Shown one piece after another: positions 10,390 through 20,396 of a DNA stretch of 64,000 nt. The position numbers and the translations under genes are program-made. Within the stretch, counting starts at the first letter, position 1. Every line of letters starts with the position of its first letter. The notes beneath the pieces are model-generated. The model saw nothing but the letters and a program-made list of their open reading frames with translations. It was not told where the DNA came from and did no database searches. The stretch covers positions 112,396 to 176,395 of the forward strand of contig CAYRHT010000003.1 in the NCBI GenBank assembly GCA_964424195.1, in the 5' to 3' direction. This DNA comes from an uncultured Gammaproteobacteria bacterium. Its GTDB lineage: Bacteria > Patescibacteriota > Patescibacteriia > UBA1558 > S5-K13.

Positions 10390-11529
10390 ATGGATATTTT
10401 ATATATCACTCAGGCTAGAATTCCTACTGAAAAGGCACATGGAGTTAATATTACTTCTATGTGTAAATTTTTTAATAAAGGAAAAAATAATATTAAATTG
10501 ATCATTCCTAGGGTTAAAAATAAAATAAAAGAAGATACTTTTCAATATTATGATATAAAAGATCATTTTGAAATTGTTAGATTACCAGCTATATCTATCT
10601 TTAAACTAGAGAAAATATTAGGAAAGTTAACTTTTTTTACCCAATTATTAAGCTTTTATATTTCAGTATTATTTTATTTACTCTTACAAAAAAGAAGTGA
10701 TAAAGTTCTTTATACTAGAGATTATTTACCATCTTTTATATCTTTATTGGGTTATAAAGTTGTTTATGAATGTCATAGTATTCCCAGGAAAAGAAAGATG
10801 TTTTTTTTAATAACTAAATTATTTAGTAAAGTAATAGTTATTTCTAAGGGATTAAAAGAAGATTTTCTAGAACAAGGTTTTAAGGATAATAAGATATTGA
10901 TAGCGGCAGACGCAGTTAATTTAAATATTTTTATCAAAAGTATTACTAGAGAGGAAGCTAGAAAAAAATTGAACCTTCCTGAAAATAAAGATATTATTTG
11001 TTATTGTGGTAAGTTTAAAACAATGGGAATGGATAAAGGAATTAAAGACATATTGTTATCTCTTACTTTTTTAGAAAAAGAAGTTTTATTTTTAGCAGTT
11101 GGTGGTGATCAAAAAGATATAAACTTTTACCAAAAAATGGCGGATGATTTAAAAGTTAGTAAGTTAGTCAAATTTATCGGACATATTAAACAGAATGAAT
11201 TAGCTGTTTACCAAAAAGCCGCTGATATATTATTAATGCCTTTTCCTAATATAGAACATTATAGTAAGTTTATGTCTCCTATTAAGATGTTTGAGTATAT
11301 GGCTAGTAAAAGACCAATTATTGCTTCTAATCTACCAACTATTAAAGAAGTATTAAATAATGACAATTGCTTATTCTGTGAACCAGATAATCCTCGGGAT
11401 TTAGCAATTAAAATTGAAGAATTGTTGAATAATAAGGAAAGGGGTGATAAATTATCTCAAGTAGCATTTAAAGATGTTCAGAGATATACTTGGGAAAATA
11501 GAGTAAAGATGATTTTAAAATTTATATGA
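10390..11529 (+). CDS. Glycosyltransferase family 4
   Basis: GT-B C-terminal region with FEYMASKRPIIASNLP. Confidence 0.8.
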   Translation: MDILYITQARIPTEKAHGVNITSMCKFFNKGKNNIKLIIPRVKNKIKEDTFQYYDIKDHFEIVRLPAISIFKLEKILGKLTFFTQLLSFYISVLFYLLLQKRSDKVLYTRDYLPSFISLLGYKVVYECHSIPRKRKMFFLITKLFSKVIVISKGLKEDFLEQGFKDNKILIAADAVNLNIFIKSITREEARKKLNLPENKDIICYCGKFKTMGMDKGIKDILLSLTFLEKEVLFLAVGGDQKDINFYQKMADDLKVSKLVKFIGHIKQNELAVYQKAADILLMPFPNIEHYSKFMSPIKMFEYMASKRPIIASNLPTIKEVLNNDNCLFCEPDNPRDLAIKIEELLNNKERGDKLSQVAFKDVQRYTWENRVKMILKFI

Positions 11530-12434
11530 AATATGGTTTTCCTAAAAAATTAGTAGAAGCATTAATTTGTAATTGTGGTGGTGATTTGGAAAGTATTAAT
11601 TCCGTCGAGTCTGATGATAATTCTATTTATTCAGGTTGTTTAGAATGTTCAGACTGTAAAAAGAAATATAAAATTGAAGAAGGAGTAATTAATTTTTTAG
11701 ATAAACAAAATGAGCTTGGAAGAGTAATGCAAGACGAGATAAAAGCTAGAGACAAAGAATCTCCTGTTTATGACAAACGTTTGGCAGCTAGATATTTTAA
11801 AGAAATTCCTTCTACTATAAATAAATTAGGGGAAATTAAAGATAAAAATATAATTGAATATGCTTGTGGTACTGGTAGAATAACAACTGAAATAATGAAG
11901 GATTGTAAATTTTTATTAGCTAGCGACTTTTCCCTTCAATCTCTTATTGTATTATCAAAAAAATTAGGTAATATAACTAACGTTGGTTTAGTATTGGGTG
12001 ATTCTGTTCAATTTAAAACTAAAGCGAACTTTTTTGATATAGCTTTGTCTACTCAATTTTTAGAACATATTCCTGAAAAAGAGCAAAGAGAAGAATTCTT
12101 TAGAAATATTTATAATACTTTAAAAAATAAGGGCAGATTAGTTTTAACTGCTTATCATCAAGATTTTCGAAGGATAGTTAGGAAGATGCCTAAGGAAGGA
12201 ATGCATAAGACAAAAATATTCTTTCATTATTTTTCTTCTAAGGAGTTAAGAGATGAATTAAATAAATTGTTTAAAGTGATAGATTTGCATCCTATAGATA
12301 TAACTTTACCACTAGAGTTTAGATTAAAATTACCAGCTAAATTTTCAGGATTAATATCTCGGTTATTTGAGAGAATACCTTTAATTAATAAATTAGGGCA
12401 TTTACTTATTGTCGATGCCAAAAAAGATGAATAA
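11526..12434 (+). CDS. Trm112-like zinc-ribbon fused to a class I SAM-dependent methyltransferase
   Basis: N-terminal CNCGG...CLECSDC ribbon. Motif I EYACGTGRIT. Confidence 0.7.
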   Translation: MKYGFPKKLVEALICNCGGDLESINSVESDDNSIYSGCLECSDCKKKYKIEEGVINFLDKQNELGRVMQDEIKARDKESPVYDKRLAARYFKEIPSTINKLGEIKDKNIIEYACGTGRITTEIMKDCKFLLASDFSLQSLIVLSKKLGNITNVGLVLGDSVQFKTKANFFDIALSTQFLEHIPEKEQREEFFRNIYNTLKNKGRLVLTAYHQDFRRIVRKMPKEGMHKTKIFFHYFSSKELRDELNKLFKVIDLHPIDITLPLEFRLKLPAKFSGLISRLFERIPLINKLGHLLIVDAKKDE

Positions 12435-13146
12435 TAAGAAACACTATTCAAAAGGATTTATACTTCCATTTTTTCTGAAAAAAGATTGGTTTTGGTTTAC
12501 TGATCCTAAGGATGTGAAAAATTCAGCTATGGTTAACTTTTTTTCTTATAAAGATTTTAATATTACAGGATTTAAGAAAAAAGAGGGGCTGACTACAGTG
12601 ATAGATTTAGAACAATCTTTGGATGACATTTGGTTAAAATTTAGAAAAAAATTTATTGCTAAACAAATAAAAAGAGGTGAGCGTAATAGTGTAATTATTA
12701 AACTAAGTAAAGATTATAATGATTTTAAAAAAATTTATAAAAAGTTTAGGGAAGAAAATAATCTGGGTAAGGAAAAGTTAGATCTTTTATTTAAAAATAC
12801 ATTTTTTATAGCTGCTTATTATCAAAATAAAATGGTTGCTGGTGGTATTTTTGTTAATGATGAGGAAAATATGAGAGCTTTAGTTTTAGCTTCTTTAAGA
12901 GGAGATGGTAATAGAGAGATAATTGGTCAAGCTAATCGTATGTTAATTTGGGAAATTATAAAGTATGCTAAAAACAGGGGTATTAAACTATTTGATTTGG
13001 GAGGAATTGCAGTTAATTCTGAATACAGGCATCAGGTAACTCTAGCTGAATTTAAGGAAGCTTTTGGGGGTTATCGAAAAAAATGTTATTACTATTATAA
13101 AGTATACTCACCTTTATTAAGATTTTGGATAAAAATAAGAAAATGA
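12409..13146 (+). CDS. FemAB-like / GNAT-fold acyltransferase-like protein (tentative)
   Basis: Weak resemblance to FemAB-family C-terminal regions. Within the glycan operon. Overlaps its neighbours by 26 and 22 nt. Confidence 0.35.
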   Translation: MSMPKKMNNKKHYSKGFILPFFLKKDWFWFTDPKDVKNSAMVNFFSYKDFNITGFKKKEGLTTVIDLEQSLDDIWLKFRKKFIAKQIKRGERNSVIIKLSKDYNDFKKIYKKFREENNLGKEKLDLLFKNTFFIAAYYQNKMVAGGIFVNDEENMRALVLASLRGDGNREIIGQANRMLIWEIIKYAKNRGIKLFDLGGIAVNSEYRHQVTLAEFKEAFGGYRKKCYYYYKVYSPLLRFWIKIRK

Positions 13147-14255
13147 AAAATATTTTGTTCTTAACAAATAAATTGCTAATTGGGGGTGCTGAAATGGTTA
13201 TGCTTAGTCAGGCTAATTCTTTAGATGCTGAGAAATATAAAGTATTTTTTGGTCTTCTTTATAATACAAATCAAGAAAATACTTTATATCATAAATTAAA
13301 AACAAAACGTATATTTCATTTTGGTTTTTCTAGGCTTTTTGATATAAAGGGATTTTTTAAGTTTTATAGATTTTTGAAGAAGAATAAAATTGAAATAATA
13401 GTTTCTGCTCTTTTTGAGGCTAATTTAGTAGCTAGAATCTTAGGTAGGTTAGTAGGAGTTAAGATTATAATTAGTTCTGAACAAAGTTGTTATTATAATA
13501 AAAGCTGGTGGCAAAAAAAAGTAGATCTACTTTTGTCTTATGTGACGGATGTTATTATTGGAGTTTCAGAAGAGGTTGTTAAATTTACTTCTCAGCAAGA
13601 AAATATTCCTTTTAAAAAGTTTAGAGTTTTAGATCAAATTAGTGATTTAGATATAAATAATTTATTTTCTAAAGAATATCTATTAAAGAAATTTAATTTA
13701 AAAGAATCTTGTTTTGTTTGTATGAATATTGGCCGTTTCAGTCCAGAAAAAGATCAAAATAGGATAATTGAAATAGCTAACGAAATAGTTAATAAGAAAA
13801 ATATAAAAGATATGTATTTTTTTATTGTTGGTTATGGTGATTTAGAAAAAAATCTTATTGATAGTATTAAAAAGTATAAATTAGAAAAAAATGTTAAAAT
13901 AGTTGTAGATCCTAAAAATGCTAAAGAATATTTAGTATTAGCGGATTTATTTTTACTTACTTCTGATAGAGAAGGTATGCCTATTGTAATTTTAGAAGCA
14001 ATGAATAGCAATTTGCCTTGTATATCTTCAAATGTTGGTGGTGTGAAAGATATAGTCAAAGACGGAGTTAATGGCTATTTAGTTGATAATCGAGAAGTAG
14101 AGGATTTTGTAGATAGGATAATTTATCTATTTAATAATAAAAAAATTGTAAGTAAAATGAAATTGGAAGCTAAAAAAATAGTTGATAATAAAAAGGGTAG
14201 AATAGATCAGTTAGAATTAATTATTGATGAGCAGATTAATAAAAAATATTTATGA
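13125..14255 (+). CDS. Glycosyltransferase family 4
   Basis: GGAEMVM N-terminal motif and EGMPIVILEAMNSNLPCISSNVGG C-terminal motif. Confidence 0.85.
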   Translation: MDKNKKMKNILFLTNKLLIGGAEMVMLSQANSLDAEKYKVFFGLLYNTNQENTLYHKLKTKRIFHFGFSRLFDIKGFFKFYRFLKKNKIEIIVSALFEANLVARILGRLVGVKIIISSEQSCYYNKSWWQKKVDLLLSYVTDVIIGVSEEVVKFTSQQENIPFKKFRVLDQISDLDINNLFSKEYLLKKFNLKESCFVCMNIGRFSPEKDQNRIIEIANEIVNKKNIKDMYFFIVGYGDLEKNLIDSIKKYKLEKNVKIVVDPKNAKEYLVLADLFLLTSDREGMPIVILEAMNSNLPCISSNVGGVKDIVKDGVNGYLVDNREVEDFVDRIIYLFNNKKIVSKMKLEAKKIVDNKKGRIDQLELIIDEQINKKYL

Positions 14256-15190
14256 AATTTATTATTACAGTAGATGTAGAAGCTGATAATCAATGGAAAA
14301 ATAATAATATTGGCTTAGAAAATGTAAAATCTTTGCCACATTTTCAGTTATTGTGTGAGAAGTATGGTTTTAAACCAACATATTTGCTTTCTTATGAGGT
14401 AGTTGAAGGAGCTAATATTGATAATCTAAAAGATTGGGAAAATAGAGGAGTTGCAGAAATAGGTTCTCATTTACATCCTTGGACTACTCCACCATATTCA
14501 AAAAATCATAATATAAATATTCATACTTATCCGCATGAACTTGAAGAAGATAATTTAGTTAACAAGTTAGAGAGTTTAACTAATATAATAAAAGAAAAAT
14601 TTAATAAACAACCTATTTCTTTTCGAGCTGGACGTTGGGGTTTTGATGAGAGAGTTGCTGAGAAAATTAAAAGATTAGGTTATGAAATAGATTGTTCTGT
14701 AACTCCTAAAATTAATTGGCAAAAGACAGTAGGAGATCATAATAAAAATGGTGGATCAGATTTTAGATTTAATTCTATTTACCCACATGATATTCAAGGA
14801 ATATTAGAGGTTCCAATGACTATTTTATTTACAGGATTATTAAAGAAAGAAAATTCTAAAATAGCTCAATTATTTTTAAGATTGCCAGAGAGTTTTTTTA
14901 AGAAAGTTGTTAATAGATTGTTTTTTAAACAGAAATGGTTAAGAATTTTTTCTAATAGTTCTACTAAAGATTGGGAAATGATATATAAATCAGCTCAAGA
15001 AAATAATTTACCAGTTTTAGAATTTATGATACACTCAAGTGAGTTAATGATTGGAGGAAGTCCCTATTCTAAAGATAAAAAATCATTTGATTTTATATAT
15101 AATCAATTAGAAGTAATGTTTAAATATTTTAAGGAAAAAGATATTGAAGGAATAACTTTGAGTGATTTTAGAAAGTATTTTAATAATTAA
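14252..15190 (+). CDS. Polysaccharide deacetylase-like (NodB/CE4-fold) protein (tentative)
   Basis: N-terminal FIITVDVEADN with later conserved His and Asp residues. The family assignment is uncertain. Confidence 0.4.
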   Translation: MKFIITVDVEADNQWKNNNIGLENVKSLPHFQLLCEKYGFKPTYLLSYEVVEGANIDNLKDWENRGVAEIGSHLHPWTTPPYSKNHNINIHTYPHELEEDNLVNKLESLTNIIKEKFNKQPISFRAGRWGFDERVAEKIKRLGYEIDCSVTPKINWQKTVGDHNKNGGSDFRFNSIYPHDIQGILEVPMTILFTGLLKKENSKIAQLFLRLPESFFKKVVNRLFFKQKWLRIFSNSSTKDWEMIYKSAQENNLPVLEFMIHSSELMIGGSPYSKDKKSFDFIYNQLEVMFKYFKEKDIEGITLSDFRKYFNN

Positions 15191-15199
15191 TTTAAAGTC

Positions 15200-15943
15200 A
15201 TGGAAAATTTTAATAAGCATGATGTTAAATGGACAGAAGAAAAAATAAATAATTTTTGGAATTATTTTGTTATGAATCATGGTCTTTTAGAGTTGTCATT
15301 TGCTCGTGAAACTGGAGAGAAAATAATAAAAATAGTGAAAAAATATATTAAAAAAGACGGTAATAATCTTGACTATGGATGTGGAGCTGGGTATCTTATA
15401 AATTTTTTATTTAAACAGAGAATAGCTTGTAGTGGATTAGACGCATCTAGAGAATCTTTAATTGAAGTTGAAAAAAAATTTAAAGATAATAAATTATTTA
15501 AAGGTGTTATTTTAGCGGACAAAATTCCAAATGAAGATATAGGTGATAATACTTATGATTTTATTTTTTCTTTAGAAATGATAGAACACATACTTCCAGA
15601 AAAATTAAACAACACATTGGAGGAGATGTATCGAATATTAAAACCTGGTGGATATATTTTTATTTCTACACCAAGTAATGAGAATTTAAATAAATATAAA
15701 GTAATTTGCCCTGATTGTGCAGCAGTTTTCCATAGAGTGCAACATGTTAGTTCTTTTTCAGAAGGAAAATTATCTAATTTAATGAAAAATATTGGATTTA
15801 ATAAAATAAAATGTGAATCTGTTTTATTAAAAAAACATAGTAGTTTGATTGATGGAATTAAGTGGTTATTAAATTTTTTGAAAAAAAATTTGTTTGGTAA
15901 AAAAGGATTTACTCCTCATTTAATATATTTAGGTAAAAAATAA
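15200..15943 (+). CDS. Class I SAM-dependent methyltransferase
   Basis: Motif I LDYGCGAGYL and motif post-II ILKPGGYIFIS. Confidence 0.75.
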   Translation: MENFNKHDVKWTEEKINNFWNYFVMNHGLLELSFARETGEKIIKIVKKYIKKDGNNLDYGCGAGYLINFLFKQRIACSGLDASRESLIEVEKKFKDNKLFKGVILADKIPNEDIGDNTYDFIFSLEMIEHILPEKLNNTLEEMYRILKPGGYIFISTPSNENLNKYKVICPDCAAVFHRVQHVSSFSEGKLSNLMKNIGFNKIKCESVLLKKHSSLIDGIKWLLNFLKKNLFGKKGFTPHLIYLGKK

Positions 15944-15954
15944 TTAAATAAAAT

Positions 15955-16728
15955 ATGATTTTTAAAGAATTCAAAGAAAAAGCACATGCTCCTAAAAAAT
16001 CTAAAATATTAGGGGATAGATTTTATAGATTAGAGAGAAATATTTCAGTTAGAATTAGTTGGATATTATTGAAAATATTTCCAGAAATAAAACCAAATTT
16101 TATAACTTTTATTTCTTTTTTATTATTATTAATAGTGTTGATAATAACTTTTATTCCCAGATTTCAAGGAATTATTTATATTACTATAATACAATTAATA
16201 CTTTTATATTGCATTACAATAACAGATAAAATTGATGGCGAAATAGCACGGGCTAAAGATTATTTTACTCAAAAAGGTATTTATTATGATTATACAGTTC
16301 ATTTTTTTTATCCTTTTGTTTTTTATTTCGTAATTGCTAATTATTTTTATAAAATTTCAAATAATCAAATTTTATTTTTTTTAATTATTATATTATCAAT
16401 TTTTACAATGGCTTTAATTCTATTGAGATCTACTAAAGCTGTTGTTTGTCAAATTCTTAAAAGCAATAATTCTAATATTAGAGATTTAATATTAGAATCA
16501 GATAAAAAAAAGAAGAGACTAGTTCTGCCTCTGAGAATTTTAAATTATTTAACTTTTATGATATACTCTTGGACTTTATTTTATTATATTGTCCTTATTA
16601 TAATTAGTTTATATAATTGGAATTTAGCTTATATTCTTTGCTATATTCATGTTATTTATTCTTTATTAGTTATTTCTTATAAAGTATTATGGAGCTATCC
16701 AAGAAATAAATTATTTAAAGCTAATTAG
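15955..16728 (+). CDS. CDP-alcohol phosphatidyltransferase-like membrane protein
   Basis: DKIDGEIARAKDYFTQKGIYYDYTVH matches the D-x2-DG-x2-AR...G-x3-D-x3-D pattern, followed by several TM helices. Confidence 0.55.
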   Translation: MIFKEFKEKAHAPKKSKILGDRFYRLERNISVRISWILLKIFPEIKPNFITFISFLLLLIVLIITFIPRFQGIIYITIIQLILLYCITITDKIDGEIARAKDYFTQKGIYYDYTVHFFYPFVFYFVIANYFYKISNNQILFFLIIILSIFTMALILLRSTKAVVCQILKSNNSNIRDLILESDKKKKRLVLPLRILNYLTFMIYSWTLFYYIVLIIISLYNWNLAYILCYIHVIYSLLVISYKVLWSYPRNKLFKAN

Positions 16729-17977
16729 ATATTTTATTAAAATAATATTTATATAGTAAAGTAGTATAGATATCAATAATTATTCTACTAATTACTAAAC
16801 CGATTAGTCCGTAGAATTTTATAGCTATAAAATAAATAATTAATTTACCAAGTGATCCTAAAATCCTTAATCTATATAGGGATTTTATTTGTTTTTTAGC
16901 AGATAAAGCGGATGACATTAAAGAGCTAGGAACTAAGATAATAGAGATAGCTAAAATCTGAGATAAAAAGGCTGAGTCAACATATTTAGGGAAGAAAATT
17001 GAAAATAACCAAGGAGCTAAAAGTATATAAATTACTATTATTGGTATGGTAATTAGAGATGCTTTCAATATTTTTTTTAGTAAAGTTTTCTTTATTACTT
17101 CTGTTTTAGCCTTGCTTAATTTAGGAAAAGCTAAAGTCTTTAAATTAAGTATGAAAGTTTTAATTTGTCCGATTGGTGAGATAGCAATAGAGTAAATAGC
17201 TAATTCAGCTCCACCAATATAGTGATAAATTAATATTTTATCAGCCTCTTCAGCTATGCTTTTAAAAAGTTCTATAAAGCTAAGATGTTTACCATATTCT
17301 ATTACTCCCTCATCTTTTTCTTTGTTAGGAGGAAATTTTTTCTTTGTTAAATATAAAGCAATTAGTCTAGTTATGGTTTCAGATGATAAATAAGTTAAGA
17401 GGATGAAAAGTACATTATTAGTTAAAAATAAACTGATAACTACTGATATTGTTACTGAAATTTGACTGAGAGATCTATATTTAGTTAGTTTGCTGAATAT
17501 CTTTTTACCACTCAGGTATGATATATAAAAATTAAATCCATTAAAAAAAGGAACAATTATGGCTATAATACAAAAACTAATTGCTAAAGTATAATTATTC
17601 TGTATAAAATAATAAAAAGCCAGTATAAAGCTAGCTAAACTTCCCAGGGAACCCCATTTAATTTTGGTCCATAATATTTCTTCAAAATTTCCTTCGTAAC
17701 CTCTAGCTATTGATTGTATAAAAGCAGTTCCAAATTTTTTTAAACTTGGTATTGATAATAAAGCTAGTATTGATATGAGATATTTATATGTTCCGTATGT
17801 TTCTTTTGGTAGTAGATTGGCAAAAGTAATTGTTAATAAAAGAGCTGAAATAAAAGCAATTATTTGTCCTAATGATAGCCATAAGCCGCCTTTAGTTAAA
17901 TATATCATATCTGTCTTGGTATATTTTTCACTTTGACGTAATAGATTGTAAGATTTATTTTTTATTTTGTTTAACAT
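16721..17977 (-). CDS. Polysaccharide biosynthesis flippase (Wzx/MOP superfamily)
   Basis: About 12 TM helices. The architecture is typical of Wzx-type O-unit flippases. Adjacent to the epimerase and the initiating transferase. Confidence 0.7.
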   Translation of the reverse strand: MLNKIKNKSYNLLRQSEKYTKTDMIYLTKGGLWLSLGQIIAFISALLLTITFANLLPKETYGTYKYLISILALLSIPSLKKFGTAFIQSIARGYEGNFEEILWTKIKWGSLGSLASFILAFYYFIQNNYTLAISFCIIAIIVPFFNGFNFYISYLSGKKIFSKLTKYRSLSQISVTISVVISLFLTNNVLFILLTYLSSETITRLIALYLTKKKFPPNKEKDEGVIEYGKHLSFIELFKSIAEEADKILIYHYIGGAELAIYSIAISPIGQIKTFILNLKTLAFPKLSKAKTEVIKKTLLKKILKASLITIPIIVIYILLAPWLFSIFFPKYVDSAFLSQILAISIILVPSSLMSSALSAKKQIKSLYRLRILGSLGKLIIYFIAIKFYGLIGLVISRIIIDIYTTLLYKYYFNKISN

Positions 17978-17980
17978 TGA

Positions 17981-18937
17981 TTAATTATTTTTATAATATT
18001 CAATGGTTTTCTTTAGGCCTTCTTCAAAATCAACAATTGGTTTATAATTTATCAATTTTTTGGCCTTAGAAATATTAGCTAAAGAATCTTTAATGTCACC
18101 TTCTCTTTCTTCTTTAAATATAGGTTTTATATCTTTACCTAAAGATTTATTTATAATATTTAATAGATCTAAGAGGGAATAGGATTTTCCACAGGCAACA
18201 TTTAAAGTTTCTCCAGACTTAGTATCTGATTCCATAGCTAGAATATTAGCTTGAACATTATTGGCTACATAAGTAAAATCTCTGCTTTGTTTTCCGTCAC
18301 CATAAATTACAGGTTGTTCATCATTTAAAATTGCTTTAATAAATAATGGGATAACAGCTGAGTATGGAGAATTGGGGTCTTGGTTCGGTCCAAAAACGTT
18401 AAAATATCTCAAGCAGACGGTTTCTATATCATAAACATGAGCAAAAACTTTCATATAGTATTCTCCAACTAATTTGGTTGCTGCATAGGGAGAAAGTGGT
18501 TGAGGCTTCATGTATTCTACTTTATAATCTTCTTCTCTATTACCATAGGCAGAAGAAGAAGCGGCATAGATTATTTTTTTAACTTTAGTATTTTTAGCAG
18601 CAGTTAATAATTTAATAGTTGCTGTGGAATTATTATTATGTGTTTCTAGGGGATTATCTATGGATCTTTGAACTGAAGGTAGGGCTGCTTGATGAAATAT
18701 TGTGTTAATATCTTTAAAATATTTTTCTAAGTCATTAGTTTTGTAAATATCATCCTCAATAAACTCTATATTATTAATTATAGAGTTTAGATTATTTAAA
18801 TTACCAGTAGAAAGATTATCAATAACTTTTACATTATATCCTCGTTTTACTAATTCTATTGTTATATTACTACCAATAAAACCAGCACCACCAGTAACTA
18901 AAACTTTTTTATTATTTGTCATATTATTACATTCCAT
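17981..18937 (-). CDS. NAD-dependent sugar epimerase/dehydratase (UDP-sugar 4-epimerase-like SDR)
   Basis: VLVTGGAGFIGSN Rossmann motif and the YAASKLVGE catalytic YxxxK motif. Confidence 0.85.
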   Translation of the reverse strand: MECNNMTNNKKVLVTGGAGFIGSNITIELVKRGYNVKVIDNLSTGNLNNLNSIINNIEFIEDDIYKTNDLEKYFKDINTIFHQAALPSVQRSIDNPLETHNNNSTATIKLLTAAKNTKVKKIIYAASSSAYGNREEDYKVEYMKPQPLSPYAATKLVGEYYMKVFAHVYDIETVCLRYFNVFGPNQDPNSPYSAVIPLFIKAILNDEQPVIYGDGKQSRDFTYVANNVQANILAMESDTKSGETLNVACGKSYSLLDLLNIINKSLGKDIKPIFKEEREGDIKDSLANISKAKKLINYKPIVDFEEGLKKTIEYYKNN

Positions 18938-20291
18938 GACCCCTAATAATAGTATTAAGAGTTTTTAAAATTATTGATAAATCTAACATAAAAGTCCTAT
19001 TTTTAACGTAATAGAGGTCATATTGAAGCTTTTCTAAAGCATCTTGAACTGTATTACCATAAGGATAATTTATTTGAGCCCAACCACTAAGTCCTGGTTT
19101 AGCTAATAATCTTTCTTTGTAAAAAGGTATTTCATTTTTAAGATCTATAATAAATTCTGGTCTTTCTGGGCGAGGACCAACTAAACTCATATCTCCTTTA
19201 AGAATATTAAATAATTGAGGAATCTCATCTAATCTACTTTTTCTTAAGAATTTACCTATTTTTGTAACTCGAGAATCATTCTTAGTTGCCCATTGGGGAC
19301 CATTTTTCTCAGCATCTACTTTCATAGTTCTTAACTTAATGGCTAAGAAGTCTTTATTATTTTTCCCAGTTCTAATTTGAGTAAAGAAAATAGGGCCCCG
19401 AGAATCTAATTTAATGAGGATAATTATAAAAGGTAAAAAAATAGTTGAGGGAATTAAGAAAATAAAACTAAATACTTTGTCTAAAAAGTTTTTAATTAAA
19501 TCAAAAGTCCATTTTTCATTTTCATTAAAATTATTTATCAACCAAACTTTATCAATATTATCAATAGAAACTTTACCTAAGAATTTTTCATAGAATTCAG
19601 TAGTTCTGATAAAACCAACTCTTAATTCTAAACATTTAAATAATTCTCGAGATATTTCTTTGTTAACTAATAATTCATCATCAATGATTATAGTTTGAAT
19701 TTTATTCTCTTTAACAAAATTAAATAATTCATTTAAATCAACGCTTTCTAGATTGCTAAAAACAATATTATTATCTAAATTAACTGAAGCTTTAATATTT
19801 AATTCTAATTCAGGTTTTTTAAATATTTCCTTAATTAAATTTTGATTATTAGTAATTGCTAAACAATTTCTTTTTGTAGTTCGAGGATAAAGAATTTTGT
19901 TAGCTAATGTTCTCCAAAGATAGAAAATGATTCCAAAAACAAGAATGTTAATAACTAAAATGGTCTTAGGAGAGATTAAGCTTTGGGGAATAATGTAAAA
20001 GAATAAGACACTTAAAAAGAAGTTGATGATAGAAATGTTAAGAATATTAAGGAATAAGTTGTATTTCTTAACTAAAGCTTTATTAGTTTCATAAGATCGG
20101 AAAGAAAATATAATTATTAACCAAATACAAAATAAGATAGTGAAATATGGTAAATGTTTAATAAATAACTGATTATCATATCCAGAACGGAATCTAATTA
20201 GAAGAGTTAAGAATAATGCAAAATAGAGAGACATAATGTCTCCTAAAAGTAGAGCTATTTTCTTAATTTTTAATTTGAAATTTATATTCAT
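18927..20291 (-). CDS. Polyprenyl-phosphate sugar phosphotransferase (bacterial sugar transferase, WbaP/CpsE-like)
   Basis: C-terminal KLRTM...RLDEIPQLFNILKGDMSLVGPRPE signature. N-terminal TM helices. Confidence 0.9.
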   Translation of the reverse strand: MNINFKLKIKKIALLLGDIMSLYFALFLTLLIRFRSGYDNQLFIKHLPYFTILFCIWLIIIFSFRSYETNKALVKKYNLFLNILNISIINFFLSVLFFYIIPQSLISPKTILVINILVFGIIFYLWRTLANKILYPRTTKRNCLAITNNQNLIKEIFKKPELELNIKASVNLDNNIVFSNLESVDLNELFNFVKENKIQTIIIDDELLVNKEISRELFKCLELRVGFIRTTEFYEKFLGKVSIDNIDKVWLINNFNENEKWTFDLIKNFLDKVFSFIFLIPSTIFLPFIIILIKLDSRGPIFFTQIRTGKNNKDFLAIKLRTMKVDAEKNGPQWATKNDSRVTKIGKFLRKSRLDEIPQLFNILKGDMSLVGPRPERPEFIIDLKNEIPFYKERLLAKPGLSGWAQINYPYGNTVQDALEKLQYDLYYVKNRTFMLDLSIILKTLNTIIRGHGM

Positions 20292-20396
20292 TGTTATATA
20301 CTTAATATATGTTATATTATATACAATATAAGTATATTATCAGATTATTCTTTATTTTTCAATATTAACTAAATATTATCAATAATTAAATATAAA

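Noticed and set aside
20292-20396. AT-rich imperfect palindromes in the divergent region between the sugar transferase and the FN3 gene, as an operator
   Set aside because: Only imperfect TA-repeat symmetry, which is expected by chance in 85% AT sequence.
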